A stretch of DNA of 61,908 bases, the filler included, from Deltaproteobacteria bacterium (GTDB lineage Bacteria > JAUYMQ01): the NCBI GenBank assembly GCA_030698575.1. It is 11 parts of 11 records of this genome, joined end to end, with 100 filler letters (N's around TTAATTAATTAA, not from the genome) between each part and the next. Parts side by side here need not be neighbours in the genome. Positions count along the whole stretch, not along the records: positions 1 to 8,984 come from JAUYMQ010000528.1; 10 more parts are not named here. The stretch is one strand, 5' to 3'. A model generated the notes under the pieces. The model was given only the letters and a program-made list of their open reading frames with translations, was not told where the DNA came from and did no database searches. Below, in pieces: positions 1 through 9,084 of this stretch (position 1 is its first letter; each line of letters begins with the position of its first letter). The position numbers were made by a program, and so were the translations under genes.

Positions 1-448
1 GGGCGCTTCTGGTCTCCGCCCCGGCGAGAGCACGCAAGCGCCGCACCCGGCGGTCGGTCATCTTCGCGTACCCGTGGCGTTCACCCCTCAAGACCGTGCC
101 GTGCGCCTTCATGTCGTCGCTATTCCCCTGCGGGTAGGCGTATCGGAGGTTCGCTTTATTGTTGTTCGGCTTCTTCCCGTCACGATGGCAGACCAGCATC
201 CCGACCGGGCGGACGCCAAGAAAGGCACGCGCCACCAGCGTATGAACATGGTAGGTGTGGGTCTTGCCTTGCTTCGAGAGCGACACCTGGCGGTAACCGT
301 TCTGTAGGCAACCCTTCAAGAGTTTGCCGCCGCGAACAACTGTGCCGCCGAGATAGTGCGGCGTGCGCCGCGGGAGCGATCGAATGCTTCCGCGGGAACT
401 GGCCTCGTACAACCCTTCGTAGCCGACAACGGCGCGCCACTCTTCCAC
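1..448 (-). CDS. NUMOD4-HNH homing endonuclease (3' end runs off window; not in ORF track)
   Basis: Manual translation from GTG at 448: VEEWRAVVGYEGLYEASSRGSIRS (NUMOD4) ... YHVHTLVARAF ... VCHRDGKKPNNNKANLRY (HNH). Starts 1 nt after the polA stop. Confidence 0.85.
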   Translation of the reverse strand, partial: MEEWRAVVGYEGLYEASSRGSIRSLPRRTPHYLGGTVVRGGKLLKGCLQNGYRQVSLSKQGKTHTYHVHTLVARAFLGVRPVGMLVCHRDGKKPNNNKANLRYAYPQGNSDDMKAHGTVLRGERHGYAKMTDRRVRRLRALAGAETRSA

Positions 449-449
449 G

Positions 450-2618
450 TCAGCCCTTGCGGTACCTGTAGGTGGTGAAGCCCGCGGCGGCGAGCGGCAT
501 GTCGGGCGCCCACACAGGAGCGATCGCCATCAGCGCACTGAGGTGTCGGTGGTCGTACGCCGGGAGGTCTGGTGTTTCACAGGCGGCTTCATCGTGGACC
601 GTTAGAAAAAGTTCGTAGCCCTCCTCGACGATGCGCGGCAAGTTTGCCTTAAGGAAGTCACCGGCGAGGCTTTGGCAAGCCTGCTCGAACTCTTTGCCGC
701 CGTAGTTTCCGAGCCGCCCCCACTTTCTCGAATACTGGTTCGTTCCAAGATAAGTGATCGTGCCGTTCTTCACCTGCGGCGACGGATAGCAGAGGCACCG
801 GCCGCTCGGCAACTGAATCCGGAACCAGGCACCATCGCGACGGAGCTTAAAACGTCGGACCGTAAACGTGTTACCGGGGCGGTCGATAGCCTCGACGCTC
901 GCGTCCTTCAGCTCCTTCCATATCGAGCTGATCGCTGGGTGTGCGCGGCGCCACATGCGCTTCAGCGAGTCGCAGGTGATGAAGACCTCGTCCGAGAGCC
1001 CGAACGTCGTCCGGCCTTCTTTGCGCGTCCACTCAAGAAAGCTCGTGGCCTCGTACACAACATCGCCGGGGAGCGTGTCCCACGCCGTCTTCGCCAATGC
1101 CTCGAGATCGACACCATAGGTTGCCGATCCGGTGACGTACGCGCCGACGCCGCCCTCATAGCCCAGCATCAGCTCCATCACCTTGCCGATCTGGCGCTGC
1201 TTCCTCGTGACCTCGGTGTGCGGGATCTTGAAGGCTTTCGCGTACGCGAGCTTGTACATATCCGGCCCTTTACGCACGGGCTCGCCCTTAGCGTCGAGCC
1301 CGAGCTCGATGTACTCGCGCCGCAACGCAGCGGCATAGTACTCGGGCGCACCGTACCACTTGCCGTCGGTGCCCTTCACGGTGTCATATTCGCGGAACGC
1401 CTGCAGCTTCCACTCCTCGCCCGCGAGCCAGGCCTGGTCGCGCCCTTCGATGTTCGCTAAGTCAGCGATCACCAGCTTCCGCCCCGCAGACGCGGCGATG
1501 CAGCCGCGGACCGCGTTGCTCGCGAGGGACATCACGTCCGGGAAGACGAGGTCCTCATAATCGCCCTTGATCGCCTCGATGCCGGCCTCGATGTCGGCAT
1601 GATCCATGTCCGGGCGGGGGAGATTACCCGGCTGGAAGCCGCGGTGCGCCCACCGGCGGGTACGCCCCGCACCGGAGAACTGCTGCGTCCCCCGCAGGCG
1701 ACCGTCCGGCATGACACCATTTAAAAGGGCCTGATACTTCGCGGTGCTCGTGCTCGATGCTTGGAGCCGGATGCTGAGGAGTTCGCGCAGTTCACGCGGC
1801 AGGTTCTCGTCTTGGATGCGACGCTCGAGCGTAGATTTCTGAGCGTCGGGCAAATCAATTCCGTACTCACGGAGAATGTGCGCCAGGAGCTGGTCGCGCT
1901 TCGTCGTGCTCTCGACCTCATCGTTCGTGAGAACGATCGTTCTCCCTTTGAGAACAATCTTCGCCCGCTCAACCGCGCTCACGGCAGCACGGGCTAGATC
2001 GACATCAACAGGGACGCCCAAATCATTCATACGCTGGTCTAGGTGATACAGCGCGAGCTCCTCGCCGGAGTAGTTCCAGTTCGGAAGCTTCTTCCAGACG
2101 GCGCGCATCGAGGGGATGTCGAACTTCGCATAATCTAGGAACTCCAGCCACTCGGCGGGGTTTGTCTCTCGCGTCGCCCGGCGCAGCTTGCTGTTCTTCG
2201 GCCGCGGCATGCAGAAAAGGCGCACGAGTTGGCGCCCGGTTTTCAGCTTGCGCTGATCGAGCGGCACATCGAGGATCTCGCACAGAAGATCAAGCCCTCC
2301 AGGGAGGGCATGGGCCAACGCCTTCGTCATCGAGCAACGCCAGCGCGGAATCGGGATGTCTTTCTTCAGCCCGTATTTCAGGACGTTCCGGTCGAACATT
2401 GCGAAGTGGCTAACGATCTCGTCGTCAGTGTCCTCGAGCAGGTACTCTAGGTACTGCGGCATCGGGCCGCCCGCAGTGATATCCCAGCACTCAACCGGGT
2501 CGTCGTCCTTCGCGTATGTGGCGACGAGCGGTTCGCAGATGGACGTATAGCGGTACGTGCCCCAACGAATCGGCGTCTCGGAAAAAGTTTCTGTATCGAA
2601 AAAAATCAATCGCGCCAA
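450..2618 (-). CDS. Phage family A DNA polymerase (3'-5' exonuclease + polymerase, no 5'-3' exonuclease)
   Basis: Exo I DTET, motif A DLANIEGR, motif B RQIGKVMELMLGY, motif C TVHDE; GGAGG RBS before TTG start. Confidence 0.95.
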   Translation of the reverse strand: MARLIFFDTETFSETPIRWGTYRYTSICEPLVATYAKDDDPVECWDITAGGPMPQYLEYLLEDTDDEIVSHFAMFDRNVLKYGLKKDIPIPRWRCSMTKALAHALPGGLDLLCEILDVPLDQRKLKTGRQLVRLFCMPRPKNSKLRRATRETNPAEWLEFLDYAKFDIPSMRAVWKKLPNWNYSGEELALYHLDQRMNDLGVPVDVDLARAAVSAVERAKIVLKGRTIVLTNDEVESTTKRDQLLAHILREYGIDLPDAQKSTLERRIQDENLPRELRELLSIRLQASSTSTAKYQALLNGVMPDGRLRGTQQFSGAGRTRRWAHRGFQPGNLPRPDMDHADIEAGIEAIKGDYEDLVFPDVMSLASNAVRGCIAASAGRKLVIADLANIEGRDQAWLAGEEWKLQAFREYDTVKGTDGKWYGAPEYYAAALRREYIELGLDAKGEPVRKGPDMYKLAYAKAFKIPHTEVTRKQRQIGKVMELMLGYEGGVGAYVTGSATYGVDLEALAKTAWDTLPGDVVYEATSFLEWTRKEGRTTFGLSDEVFITCDSLKRMWRRAHPAISSIWKELKDASVEAIDRPGNTFTVRRFKLRRDGAWFRIQLPSGRCLCYPSPQVKNGTITYLGTNQYSRKWGRLGNYGGKEFEQACQSLAGDFLKANLPRIVEEGYELFLTVHDEAACETPDLPAYDHRHLSALMAIAPVWAPDMPLAAAGFTTYRYRKG

Positions 2619-2730
2619 TGCCTCCCTTTTGAAACCCCACCTCTTGACCGTCGTCTCGTACCTGGCGCTCAGCTACGCAAGCTGCTGGAGCCTGGGTGAA
2701 CGCCCCCTGCAGGGGACGCGGTGAGGTTTC

Positions 2731-2757
2731 AAAAAAGCACCCGCCCGAAGGCGGGTG
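2731..2757 (-). terminator. Rho-independent terminator after phage SSB
   Basis: 8-bp stem CACCCGCC/GGCGGGTG, UUCG loop on the minus strand, followed by a T6 tract. Confidence 0.85.
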
Positions 2758-2777
2758 AGTCCAGCAACCCTTTTCGT

Positions 2778-3371
2778 TTACGTCATCGCCTCCGCGTCGG
2801 CCCCCTGCTCGAGGGCATCGAAGTCGTCCGGCGTCGCCGGCTTGCTGCCCGAGAAGGCATCCCCATCGCGCGCGAACTGCACCGCCTGGAGGCCGCTGCG
2901 CACGCCCTGGTTCTCGCCCTTGGTCTGGAGGTAGATCTCGACCGTCGCATTCACGTACGAGCCCGCGTAGGGTTTGCCCGCGAGCTCCGTGAGGACCACG
3001 ACCTTGCCCGTCTGCGGATCGATCACATTCCCGTAGACGCCGACCGGGCCGTCCTTCGCACGCCGGTGAGACGAGAGCACTTTCATCCCCTCGTACCCGT
3101 CGTACTCCTTCTTGTCGCCGTCGGTGTAGCAGTCCTTGTTGCTCTGCCCGCGAATGCCGGCGAGCCACTTCGCGCCCTTCGCCGCATCGGCAAAGGCAGC
3201 CTTCACCTCGGCCGCGATCGCGGCCTCGATCTTCTTGTCGTTCTCGCTCCCTGGGACGACGAGGAAGCTCGCGTTGTAGCGCGGCTTCCCGTCGCCGGCC
3301 TTGAACTCGACGGCCTCGAACAGATCGGGGAACGAGAGTCGGACGTCGAGCAGTTTCAGTTTCGTTGACAT
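2778..3371 (-). CDS. Phage ssDNA-binding protein, DUF2815 family
   Basis: VRLSFPDLF, YAGSYVNA, GLQAVQFARDGDAFSG and an acidic C-terminal tail; lies between DUF2800 and polA. Confidence 0.9.
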   Translation of the reverse strand: MSTKLKLLDVRLSFPDLFEAVEFKAGDGKPRYNASFLVVPGSENDKKIEAAIAAEVKAAFADAAKGAKWLAGIRGQSNKDCYTDGDKKEYDGYEGMKVLSSHRRAKDGPVGVYGNVIDPQTGKVVVLTELAGKPYAGSYVNATVEIYLQTKGENQGVRSGLQAVQFARDGDAFSGSKPATPDDFDALEQGADAEAMT

Positions 3372-3431
3372 GCAGTACTTCTCGTTGTGTGATAAGGGGT
3401 TGCTAGACTCGGAAGACAAAAAAGGGGCGAC

Positions 3432-3689
3432 TCAGGCGAGGAGGTCGCGAACCTCCTGGACGGGTTTGGCGAGCGTCGAGGAGGAGAAAGTCCCGACGAC
3501 GCGGAGCAGCGCTTCCCGCCCCTTTTTCAACGCATCGATGGCGGCGTCGAGTTTCTCCAGCTTTGTCAGAATGTGACGCGCCAAGGTCGGCCCCGGACCC
3601 GATACGTCAACAGCGCCCGCCGCTAATCCGCTGATGCCGATGCCTCGGGGGTGCTTCACGAAATCCATCTCGGCATAGTTGTACTTCAC
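3432..3689 (-). CDS. Hypothetical phage protein
   Basis: 85-aa ORF overlapping the upstream stop in a co-directional operon. Confidence 0.6.
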   Translation of the reverse strand: MKYNYAEMDFVKHPRGIGISGLAAGAVDVSGPGPTLARHILTKLEKLDAAIDALKKGREALLRVVGTFSSSTLAKPVQEVRDLLA

Positions 3690-3880
3690 TTGACCTCCTG
3701 AAAAAGTTCGGGATTGTTGCTGCGCGCCTGCGCCACGGCGGCATCGACGGCCGCGATGCGGGCCTTGCTCTCGCCCGCCTCGATGCGGCTCTCGACCTTC
3801 GAGGCCGCCACGAGGGCGGCGCGCGCTGCGGGCGGGAGTAGGGTGCTCATAGGGAGGATGCTTCCGTTCATGCGGTTCAA
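3686..3880 (-). CDS. Hypothetical phage protein
   Basis: 64-aa ORF with 4-nt overlaps to both neighbours. Confidence 0.6.
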   Translation of the reverse strand: MNRMNGSILPMSTLLPPAARAALVAASKVESRIEAGESKARIAAVDAAVAQARSNNPELFQEVK

Positions 3881-4101
3881 GCCATCACCCTTCCGTTAAT
3901 GGTTGGTTCTTTGACACCAGAACCGGGCTGCGGGTCATCGACCCAGTTCCAGCCGAGCACGAACTTCACCGCAACGCGATGTAGCCAACCGGGTTTGGTG
4001 TGGGCGGCAAACAGAACCGAGCCGCCCCGGGCGTAACCAGACATGCGGTAGTAGCCGGCGGTGCCCCCGCCCGGGTAAAAAACGATGTTGCCGTTTCTCA
4101 A
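3877..4101 (-). CDS. Hypothetical phage protein
   Basis: TTG at 4101 overlaps the DUF2800 stop; LRNGNIVFYPGGG...VLGWNW. Confidence 0.5.
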   Translation of the reverse strand: MRNGNIVFYPGGGTAGYYRMSGYARGGSVLFAAHTKPGWLHRVAVKFVLGWNWVDDPQPGSGVKEPTINGRVMA

Positions 4102-5318
4102 GTCATGCTCTCCTCTGTGGCCGTGAAGTCGTTGGAGGTGTCCGGCGGCGCCCACGCCGGCCGCTTGTCGTCGGCGGGCGCGACGCTCGGGAGTCCGTCG
4201 CGCTGCTCGATGAGGCCGGCGTCGAGGACGCGCTTCCACCGGCGGGGCGTGGACTTCAGCACCTTCTCGATCGCGGGCGGGCTGAGGAGCGTCATCTTGT
4301 AGCGCTCCTCCTGCCGCATGCGCATCCTCTGCAGGAGCGCATCGGCAGCCTCGACGTCGGTCCACTGCCGGTTGCCGCGCTTGCCTTGTACGACCTTCCA
4401 CCCGGGTACCTCGACACCGGCGAAGAGTTGGCGCTCGACCTCCGCACGGACGGCCTTGCACCAGTCCTCGATCAGCGGAATCGCGGCCATCTTCTGGGCG
4501 AGTAGCGCCGGGCTGAAGTTCTCTGCCGGGACCGTAACCATGACTGGATCTGGGCTAACGGCCGAGAAGTCCGCGCCGGCCGCGTCCTGCACGAACTTCG
4601 CGAGCGCCGGGCAAATGGCCTTCGCCTTACACCAGCGGCAGGCGTCGTCGGACGGGTTCAGGTACTGGCTGATGTCGCCGCCGTCGCCGTGAATAAGCAT
4701 GACGCCATGCGCTTCATCCGCCCGCACAGATACCTCATTCGCAAAAGCGTCCAGCTCGGCGGCCGTGCAGTCCCACTCGTCGAGGTAGCCATCGAGACGT
4801 GGCTGGCTGATGACGAGCCGGATGCGCTCAAACGGCCCATATGCCAGCTCCTGCTCTTCGCGTACGCCAAGGGCGTACAGCATCAGCTGCCTGTTGCGCG
4901 CCGCCCGGACTTGGACGCCCATACCGAACTTGAGATCGATAAGGGCCAACTCGCCGGGACGGATTACGACCGCGTCAGCGGTACCTTTAGCTCCCACCTC
5001 CCCGGTGAATATCTCTATCGAAACGCGCTGTTCTACCAGCAGTTGACCGCCGTCGGCGTACCGCAGGACGGTGTCCACGTACCTCTGCACGGGCTCGGCC
5101 ATGTCTTCGTGAAATTTGTATCCGTCAAAGCTTTGCCCGACATAGGCGGTAGCCTGCTTACGCTCCACTAGGCACTTAGCGGCGACCACGTGCGCGCAGG
5201 TCCCCTCGATTGAGTACTCGTTGTCCTCGTCCGGCAGGCCCTTCTCCATCGCCGGCGCGCCGGCGCAGTTCATCCACCGCTCAGCGCCGGAGGGGGAAAG
5301 AATCGCGTGCTCACCCAT
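4098..5318 (-). CDS. DUF2800 family Cas4-like PD-(D/E)xK nuclease
   Basis: HAILSPSGAERWMNC, GTADAV...IDLKFG, QLMLYALG, CRWCKAKAICP. Confidence 0.9.
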   Translation of the reverse strand: MGEHAILSPSGAERWMNCAGAPAMEKGLPDEDNEYSIEGTCAHVVAAKCLVERKQATAYVGQSFDGYKFHEDMAEPVQRYVDTVLRYADGGQLLVEQRVSIEIFTGEVGAKGTADAVVIRPGELALIDLKFGMGVQVRAARNRQLMLYALGVREEQELAYGPFERIRLVISQPRLDGYLDEWDCTAAELDAFANEVSVRADEAHGVMLIHGDGGDISQYLNPSDDACRWCKAKAICPALAKFVQDAAGADFSAVSPDPVMVTVPAENFSPALLAQKMAAIPLIEDWCKAVRAEVERQLFAGVEVPGWKVVQGKRGNRQWTDVEAADALLQRMRMRQEERYKMTLLSPPAIEKVLKSTPRRWKRVLDAGLIEQRDGLPSVAPADDKRPAWAPPDTSNDFTATEESMT

Positions 5319-5826
5319 AGCAAACCTCCATGCCGCGGCAGCGATGGCCGCGCGTCAACGCAGACTGAATCGACCCTGCGTTTACGTGGAGCGCTTGCGC
5401 GGCGGCCAATCCGCTCGGGTACCACACACCACCAACCACGACCGGCGCGGTCTTGGCGTGCTGCTTGCGGGACAACTCGCGGTAGCTGTGCTGGTGATTG
5501 TCAGAACAGGTCAGCCACTCGAGGTTAGTCGCAGCGTTTTCGCTCCTCACCCCACTTTTGTGATTGACCTGGAGATCACGGCCGCCCGGTAAGAACGCGA
5601 TCGCCACGAGGCGATGCACGAGACGGCGGACACCCTTTACGAGATGAACACCGAGGTATCCGTTTGTGCCGACCTCTTGCGCGAGCACTCGACCAACCAA
5701 CCGGCGGGTCCGACCGAGAGCGTCGGTCAGCGTGCGATCTAGACTTCGTACCCGCCCGAGGTCACTGACCTGATACCGCTTTTCGAACCCCCGGACATCG
5801 CGCCACTCTTCTTCGCGCTTGCTCAT
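5311..5826 (-). CDS. NUMOD4-HNH homing endonuclease
   Basis: EEWRDVRGFEKRYQVSDLGRVRS; VHRLVAIAF...VNHKSGVRSENAATNLEW; ATG at 5826 overlaps the upstream stop. Confidence 0.9.
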   Translation of the reverse strand: MSKREEEWRDVRGFEKRYQVSDLGRVRSLDRTLTDALGRTRRLVGRVLAQEVGTNGYLGVHLVKGVRRLVHRLVAIAFLPGGRDLQVNHKSGVRSENAATNLEWLTCSDNHQHSYRELSRKQHAKTAPVVVGGVWYPSGLAAAQALHVNAGSIQSALTRGHRCRGMEVCYG

Positions 5827-6056
5827 GCGGCCGCCTGCCTCACGCGCCGCGCACACTCGCGCTTGCCCTGAAACGCCGGCTGGCTGTTGACGGGCCGCAG
5901 ATAGTTCCTCTCGACCGTGCCCCGCCCCTTCCCGCGCGAGCGGTAGGGGGTGATGCCGCTGATGGCCTCCCCCTGCTCCGCAGGCGGGAGAGCGAGCGCC
6001 GCCGCGATGGCAGCGAACATCCTCTTAGCGTTTGCGAACGCCCCCCGGTACTCCAT
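5823..6056 (-). CDS. Hypothetical phage protein
   Basis: 77-aa ORF overlapping both neighbours. Confidence 0.55.
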   Translation of the reverse strand: MEYRGAFANAKRMFAAIAAALALPPAEQGEAISGITPYRSRGKGRGTVERNYLRPVNSQPAFQGKRECARRVRQAAA

Positions 6057-6421
6057 CAGCCGGCGGCCTTAGCGGCAGCTGCAGCCTTGGCGGCGGCGAC
6101 CTTCACGGGGTCGGTGAATGCGGCGAGAACGCCCGCGAGCTCGGCGGGCTTGTCCTTGAGGGGGACGAGCGTCGTGACCTTGAAGGGATCGAGGAGAATG
6201 ACTGCGGGTGCGCGACCATTCGCCTTGACGAAGTCGCTCACGACCTTCGCGACGGCTTCGTAGGTGACGTTGGTGGGTGCGGTGGGCGGCGGGGTCTTCC
6301 CCGCCGGCGGGGTGACGTTTGCGGGCGACCCAGCCGGGTGTGTGCCTGCTTTTGCGGAGAACACCGCCGTGAGCGCCAGTACCGCGGCGGTGTTCTTCTC
6401 GATTGCCTGTTCCAGGGACAT
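6056..6421 (-). CDS. Hypothetical phage protein, first gene of the leftward operon
   Basis: MSLEQAIEKNTAAV, Ala/Pro-rich linker; GAGGAG RBS. Confidence 0.75.
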   Translation of the reverse strand: MSLEQAIEKNTAAVLALTAVFSAKAGTHPAGSPANVTPPAGKTPPPTAPTNVTYEAVAKVVSDFVKANGRAPAVILLDPFKVTTLVPLKDKPAELAGVLAAFTDPVKVAAAKAAAAAKAAG

Positions 6422-6457
6422 GCTCTAGCGCTCCTCGTGTTGTGTTGAACGAGTCGC

Positions 6458-6486
6458 AGCGTAAAGCATTTGCTAGACGCTGTCAA
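6458..6486 (-). promoter_or_regulatory. Leftward sigma70-type promoter with an operator-like palindrome in the spacer
   Basis: TTGACA-N17-TACGCT on the minus strand; palindrome AGCATTTGCT at 6465-6474. Confidence 0.6.
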
Positions 6487-6532
6487 AAATCATTTCACGC
6501 GCACAGTGTGCCTCTGCGCGTGGACTACGAAG

Positions 6533-6955
6533 CTAACGCTTCAGGAGCCCGATCAGCCGCTGGATGCGGGTGGGGTCGACGCGGCCGCCAGGGAGGGCGT
6601 CCGCATACTGCATCGCCACCAGGTCGGCGAGCTGCGCCGGCGTGAGGTTTACCTTCGCCACCTTCAGGGCCTCCGTCACCTCGCTCAGTACCCGGGCGAG
6701 GAGCTCGGTATTCAGGGCCGACCCGTTCGTGGGCGTGACGCCAGCACCATCGAGCCACCCCTCGGGCAGACGGAGGATCTTCTCCCACTTGCGGGCGGTC
6801 TTCTCGCTGATCTCCCGGTGGGGCGGGGTGACCAGGAGCTGGGAAATATAGGCCCCCTTCGCCAGCCCGAGCCGGCGCGCGAGGTTGTTCATCCCCTCGT
6901 GCTCGTTTACCAGCCGACGGAGCTGCTGCCGGCGGATCTCTTTTATGTCGGCCAT
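6533..6955 (-). CDS. Phage repressor-like HTH protein
   Basis: IRRQQLRRLV...LARRLG...YISQLL...ISEKTARKWEKILRLPEGWLD, typical of a CI-like N-domain; divergent from the rightward genes. Confidence 0.8.
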   Translation of the reverse strand: MADIKEIRRQQLRRLVNEHEGMNNLARRLGLAKGAYISQLLVTPPHREISEKTARKWEKILRLPEGWLDGAGVTPTNGSALNTELLARVLSEVTEALKVAKVNLTPAQLADLVAMQYADALPGGRVDPTRIQRLIGLLKR

Positions 6956-7063
6956 TCGTGAATACTAATCAAATGCTCGCTAAAAATCAACAGGTGGCGA
7001 AGAGAAAATTGCGCGTCCGCATAGCGTATGCTAGTCTCTGGCATCCGTCACAGAGGGAGCGTG

Positions 7064-7399
7064 ATGTACTCCACAGCACTGAAAGATAAAATCATGGCCC
7101 TACCCGGCAAGCAATTTGTCGCGGCCTGGGACTGCATCGAGGCAATCGACAAGGCCCTCGAGAAGGCGGGCGTAACAGCCGAGCTCGCGCTCACCTACGT
7201 CCGGGTGCTCCACGAGGAGCGACTCGCCGCCCTCCTCGGGATGCAGCAGGCGCGCATCTCCGCCCTGGCGGAATCGGCCGTCCGCCAGCAGGAAAACGTG
7301 ATCACGGCTCGTCGCGAGCGCGATGCGGCCCGCGACACGGTCGCCAAGCTACAGAGGAAAATCGCCCGCCTCACGAAGAAGACGAAAAGCAAAGCGTGA
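7064..7399 (+). CDS. Hypothetical coiled-coil phage protein
   Basis: GAGGGAG RBS before ATG; first rightward gene. Confidence 0.6.
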   Translation: MYSTALKDKIMALPGKQFVAAWDCIEAIDKALEKAGVTAELALTYVRVLHEERLAALLGMQQARISALAESAVRQQENVITARRERDAARDTVAKLQRKIARLTKKTKSKA

Positions 7400-8055
7400 A
7401 GCGGTGCTCTAAGTGCGGGGTCGAGAAGCCGCTCGAGGCGTTCTCGCGTGACGCAAGCAAAAGCAACGGATCATCGTCATGCAAACCCTGCGCCATCGCC
7501 ACGAGCGCTGCCTGGAGGCAAGCAAGACCGGGCGCGGCGGCTCGTGCAGCAGCACGCCAAGCATCCGAGGATCTGGCCCAACAAGGCCGTAGAAGGTGCT
7601 CGAAGTGTGGTGAAGACAAAACACTCGACAACTTCTACGTCCGGGGTACGCGCAAAGGTGTGCGAGACGGCCGGTTGCGTAGCTGGTGCAAGATATGCAC
7701 TAGGCCTACCGGCGAGGCGCTCGATCGGCAACGCGCTAGAAAATACCACACCCGGCCGGCGCACAAAGCCCGTCAGCGCGAACTCGCGACGGGGTTCAAC
7801 GCAGCGCTGTTTGCCCGCGTACTTGAGCGGCAGAAAGGGCTGTGCGCCATATGCGGCAAGAAGATGCTCGGCCCCGGCAGGACGCAGGCTAGGTCGGGTT
7901 CGAAGGCGTGCGCTGACCACGATCACACGACCCGCACACCGCGCGGGATCTTGTGCGGCCGCTGCAACAGCGCGTTGGGCCTCTTCGACGATTCGCCAGA
8001 GCGGTTAATAACCGCGGCGTACTACCTCATCAACCCGCCGGTTGAGAGAGCATGA
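7396..8055 (+). CDS. Endonuclease VII-domain protein with N-terminal CxxC repeats
   Basis: Two KRCSKCG/RRCSKCG units; QKGLCAICG...DHDH...RGILCGRCNSALGLFDD. Confidence 0.88.
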   Translation: MKRCSKCGVEKPLEAFSRDASKSNGSSSCKPCAIATSAAWRQARPGAAARAAARQASEDLAQQGRRRCSKCGEDKTLDNFYVRGTRKGVRDGRLRSWCKICTRPTGEALDRQRARKYHTRPAHKARQRELATGFNAALFARVLERQKGLCAICGKKMLGPGRTQARSGSKACADHDHTTRTPRGILCGRCNSALGLFDDSPERLITAAYYLINPPVERA

Positions 8056-8984
8056 TCCACTACGGCGCCACCGAGGCAGACTGGTTTCACTTCGACGGCA
8101 TATTGGATCTCGGCCAGGATCTGCTCCCGGTCGTCTCGAACGCCTCTGCGCCAATAAGCCCCGCGTCAAAACTTAAAATGGCGGGAAAGGTGCCCTCGGT
8201 ATACGACCGTCAACGCCAAATCGTCGGCATCGCGAGGTGGACCTCGCACACCGCGACGCCCGCGGACCTGAAGCGTTGGTCCGGCGAGCCGGACTATGGG
8301 ATCTGCCTAATCACCAGATCAGCGCGTGCGATCGACATCGACATCACTGACGAGGCACAGGCGCTCGAGATCCGCAAGTGTGTTACGGACCACCTCGGCG
8401 AGTTGCCGATGCGTTCGAGGGCTGACTCGTCGAAGGTCCTCTTCCTCTTCGCGCTGCCAGGTGATCTACCGAAGCGCGTTATCAAGACCGCGCACGGACT
8501 GGTCGAACTTCTAGGAAGTGGGCAGCAAGCAGTCGTAGCTGGAACACACCCTGGTGGTGCGCGGTACGAGTGGCCGGCCGGTCTGCCGAGCGAGCTGCGC
8601 CTTGTGACGCCCGAAGAGTTAGACGCCCTGTGGGCGGAGCTAGAGCGGCGTTTTGCGATCGAACCGAGCACTACCAGCAAGGCCAGCACGAAGGCGGCGA
8701 CGCTTGCCAACGCCGTATCGAACGATCCGGTGGTGGTCGCGCTCTATGAGAAGGGGCTCGTCACCGGGACGGCCGCAGACGGGAAGATATTCCTCACCTG
8801 CCCTTTCGAGGCGGAACACGAGCGCGAGAGCGACATCAGCGCAACAGCGTATCTCCCTGCCCATACCGGAGGGTATGCGCGGGGTAGCTTTCTCTGCCTT
8901 CACAGCCCTTGTAGCGGCCGGACCTCCGCCGACTTCCTGAACGCGATTGGGATTTTTGAGGATCACCGCGACGACTTCCAGGCG
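8052..8984 (+). CDS. Phage primase, bifunctional Prim-Pol N-terminus (truncated by contig end)
   Basis: YGICL...AIDIDI, VELLGSGQQAVVAGTHPGGARYEW, CPF..EH...FLCLH Zn-like motif. Confidence 0.82.
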
Positions 8985-9084
8985 NNNNNNNNNNNNNNNN
9001 NNNNNNNNNNNNNNNNNNNNNNNNNNNNTTAATTAATTAANNNNNNNNNNNNNNNNNNNNNNNNNNNNNNNNNNNNNNNNNNNN
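8985..9084. other. Artificial contig linker (first of ten; also 12381, 16241, 19072, 23289, 33113, 37744, 47215, 52699, 57274, each 100 nt)
   Basis: Identical N44-TTAATTAATTAA-N44 with stops in all six frames; genes are cut at every linker. Confidence 0.99.

Larger units (their letters stand above)
1..8984. mobile_element. Phage or prophage fragment (replication + immunity region)
   Basis: DUF2800-DUF2815-PolA module, divergent repressor, primase, HNH genes; no host genes on the fragment. Confidence 0.92.

Noticed and set aside
4098-5318. Cas4 of a CRISPR system
   Set aside because: It is the phage DUF2800 nuclease in its usual replication module; no array or other cas genes.
9029-9040. Recurrent TTAATTAATTAA palindrome as a biological motif
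   Set aside because: It is the centre of the artificial linker. ORF-track proteins ending in X...LIN/N are artefacts.
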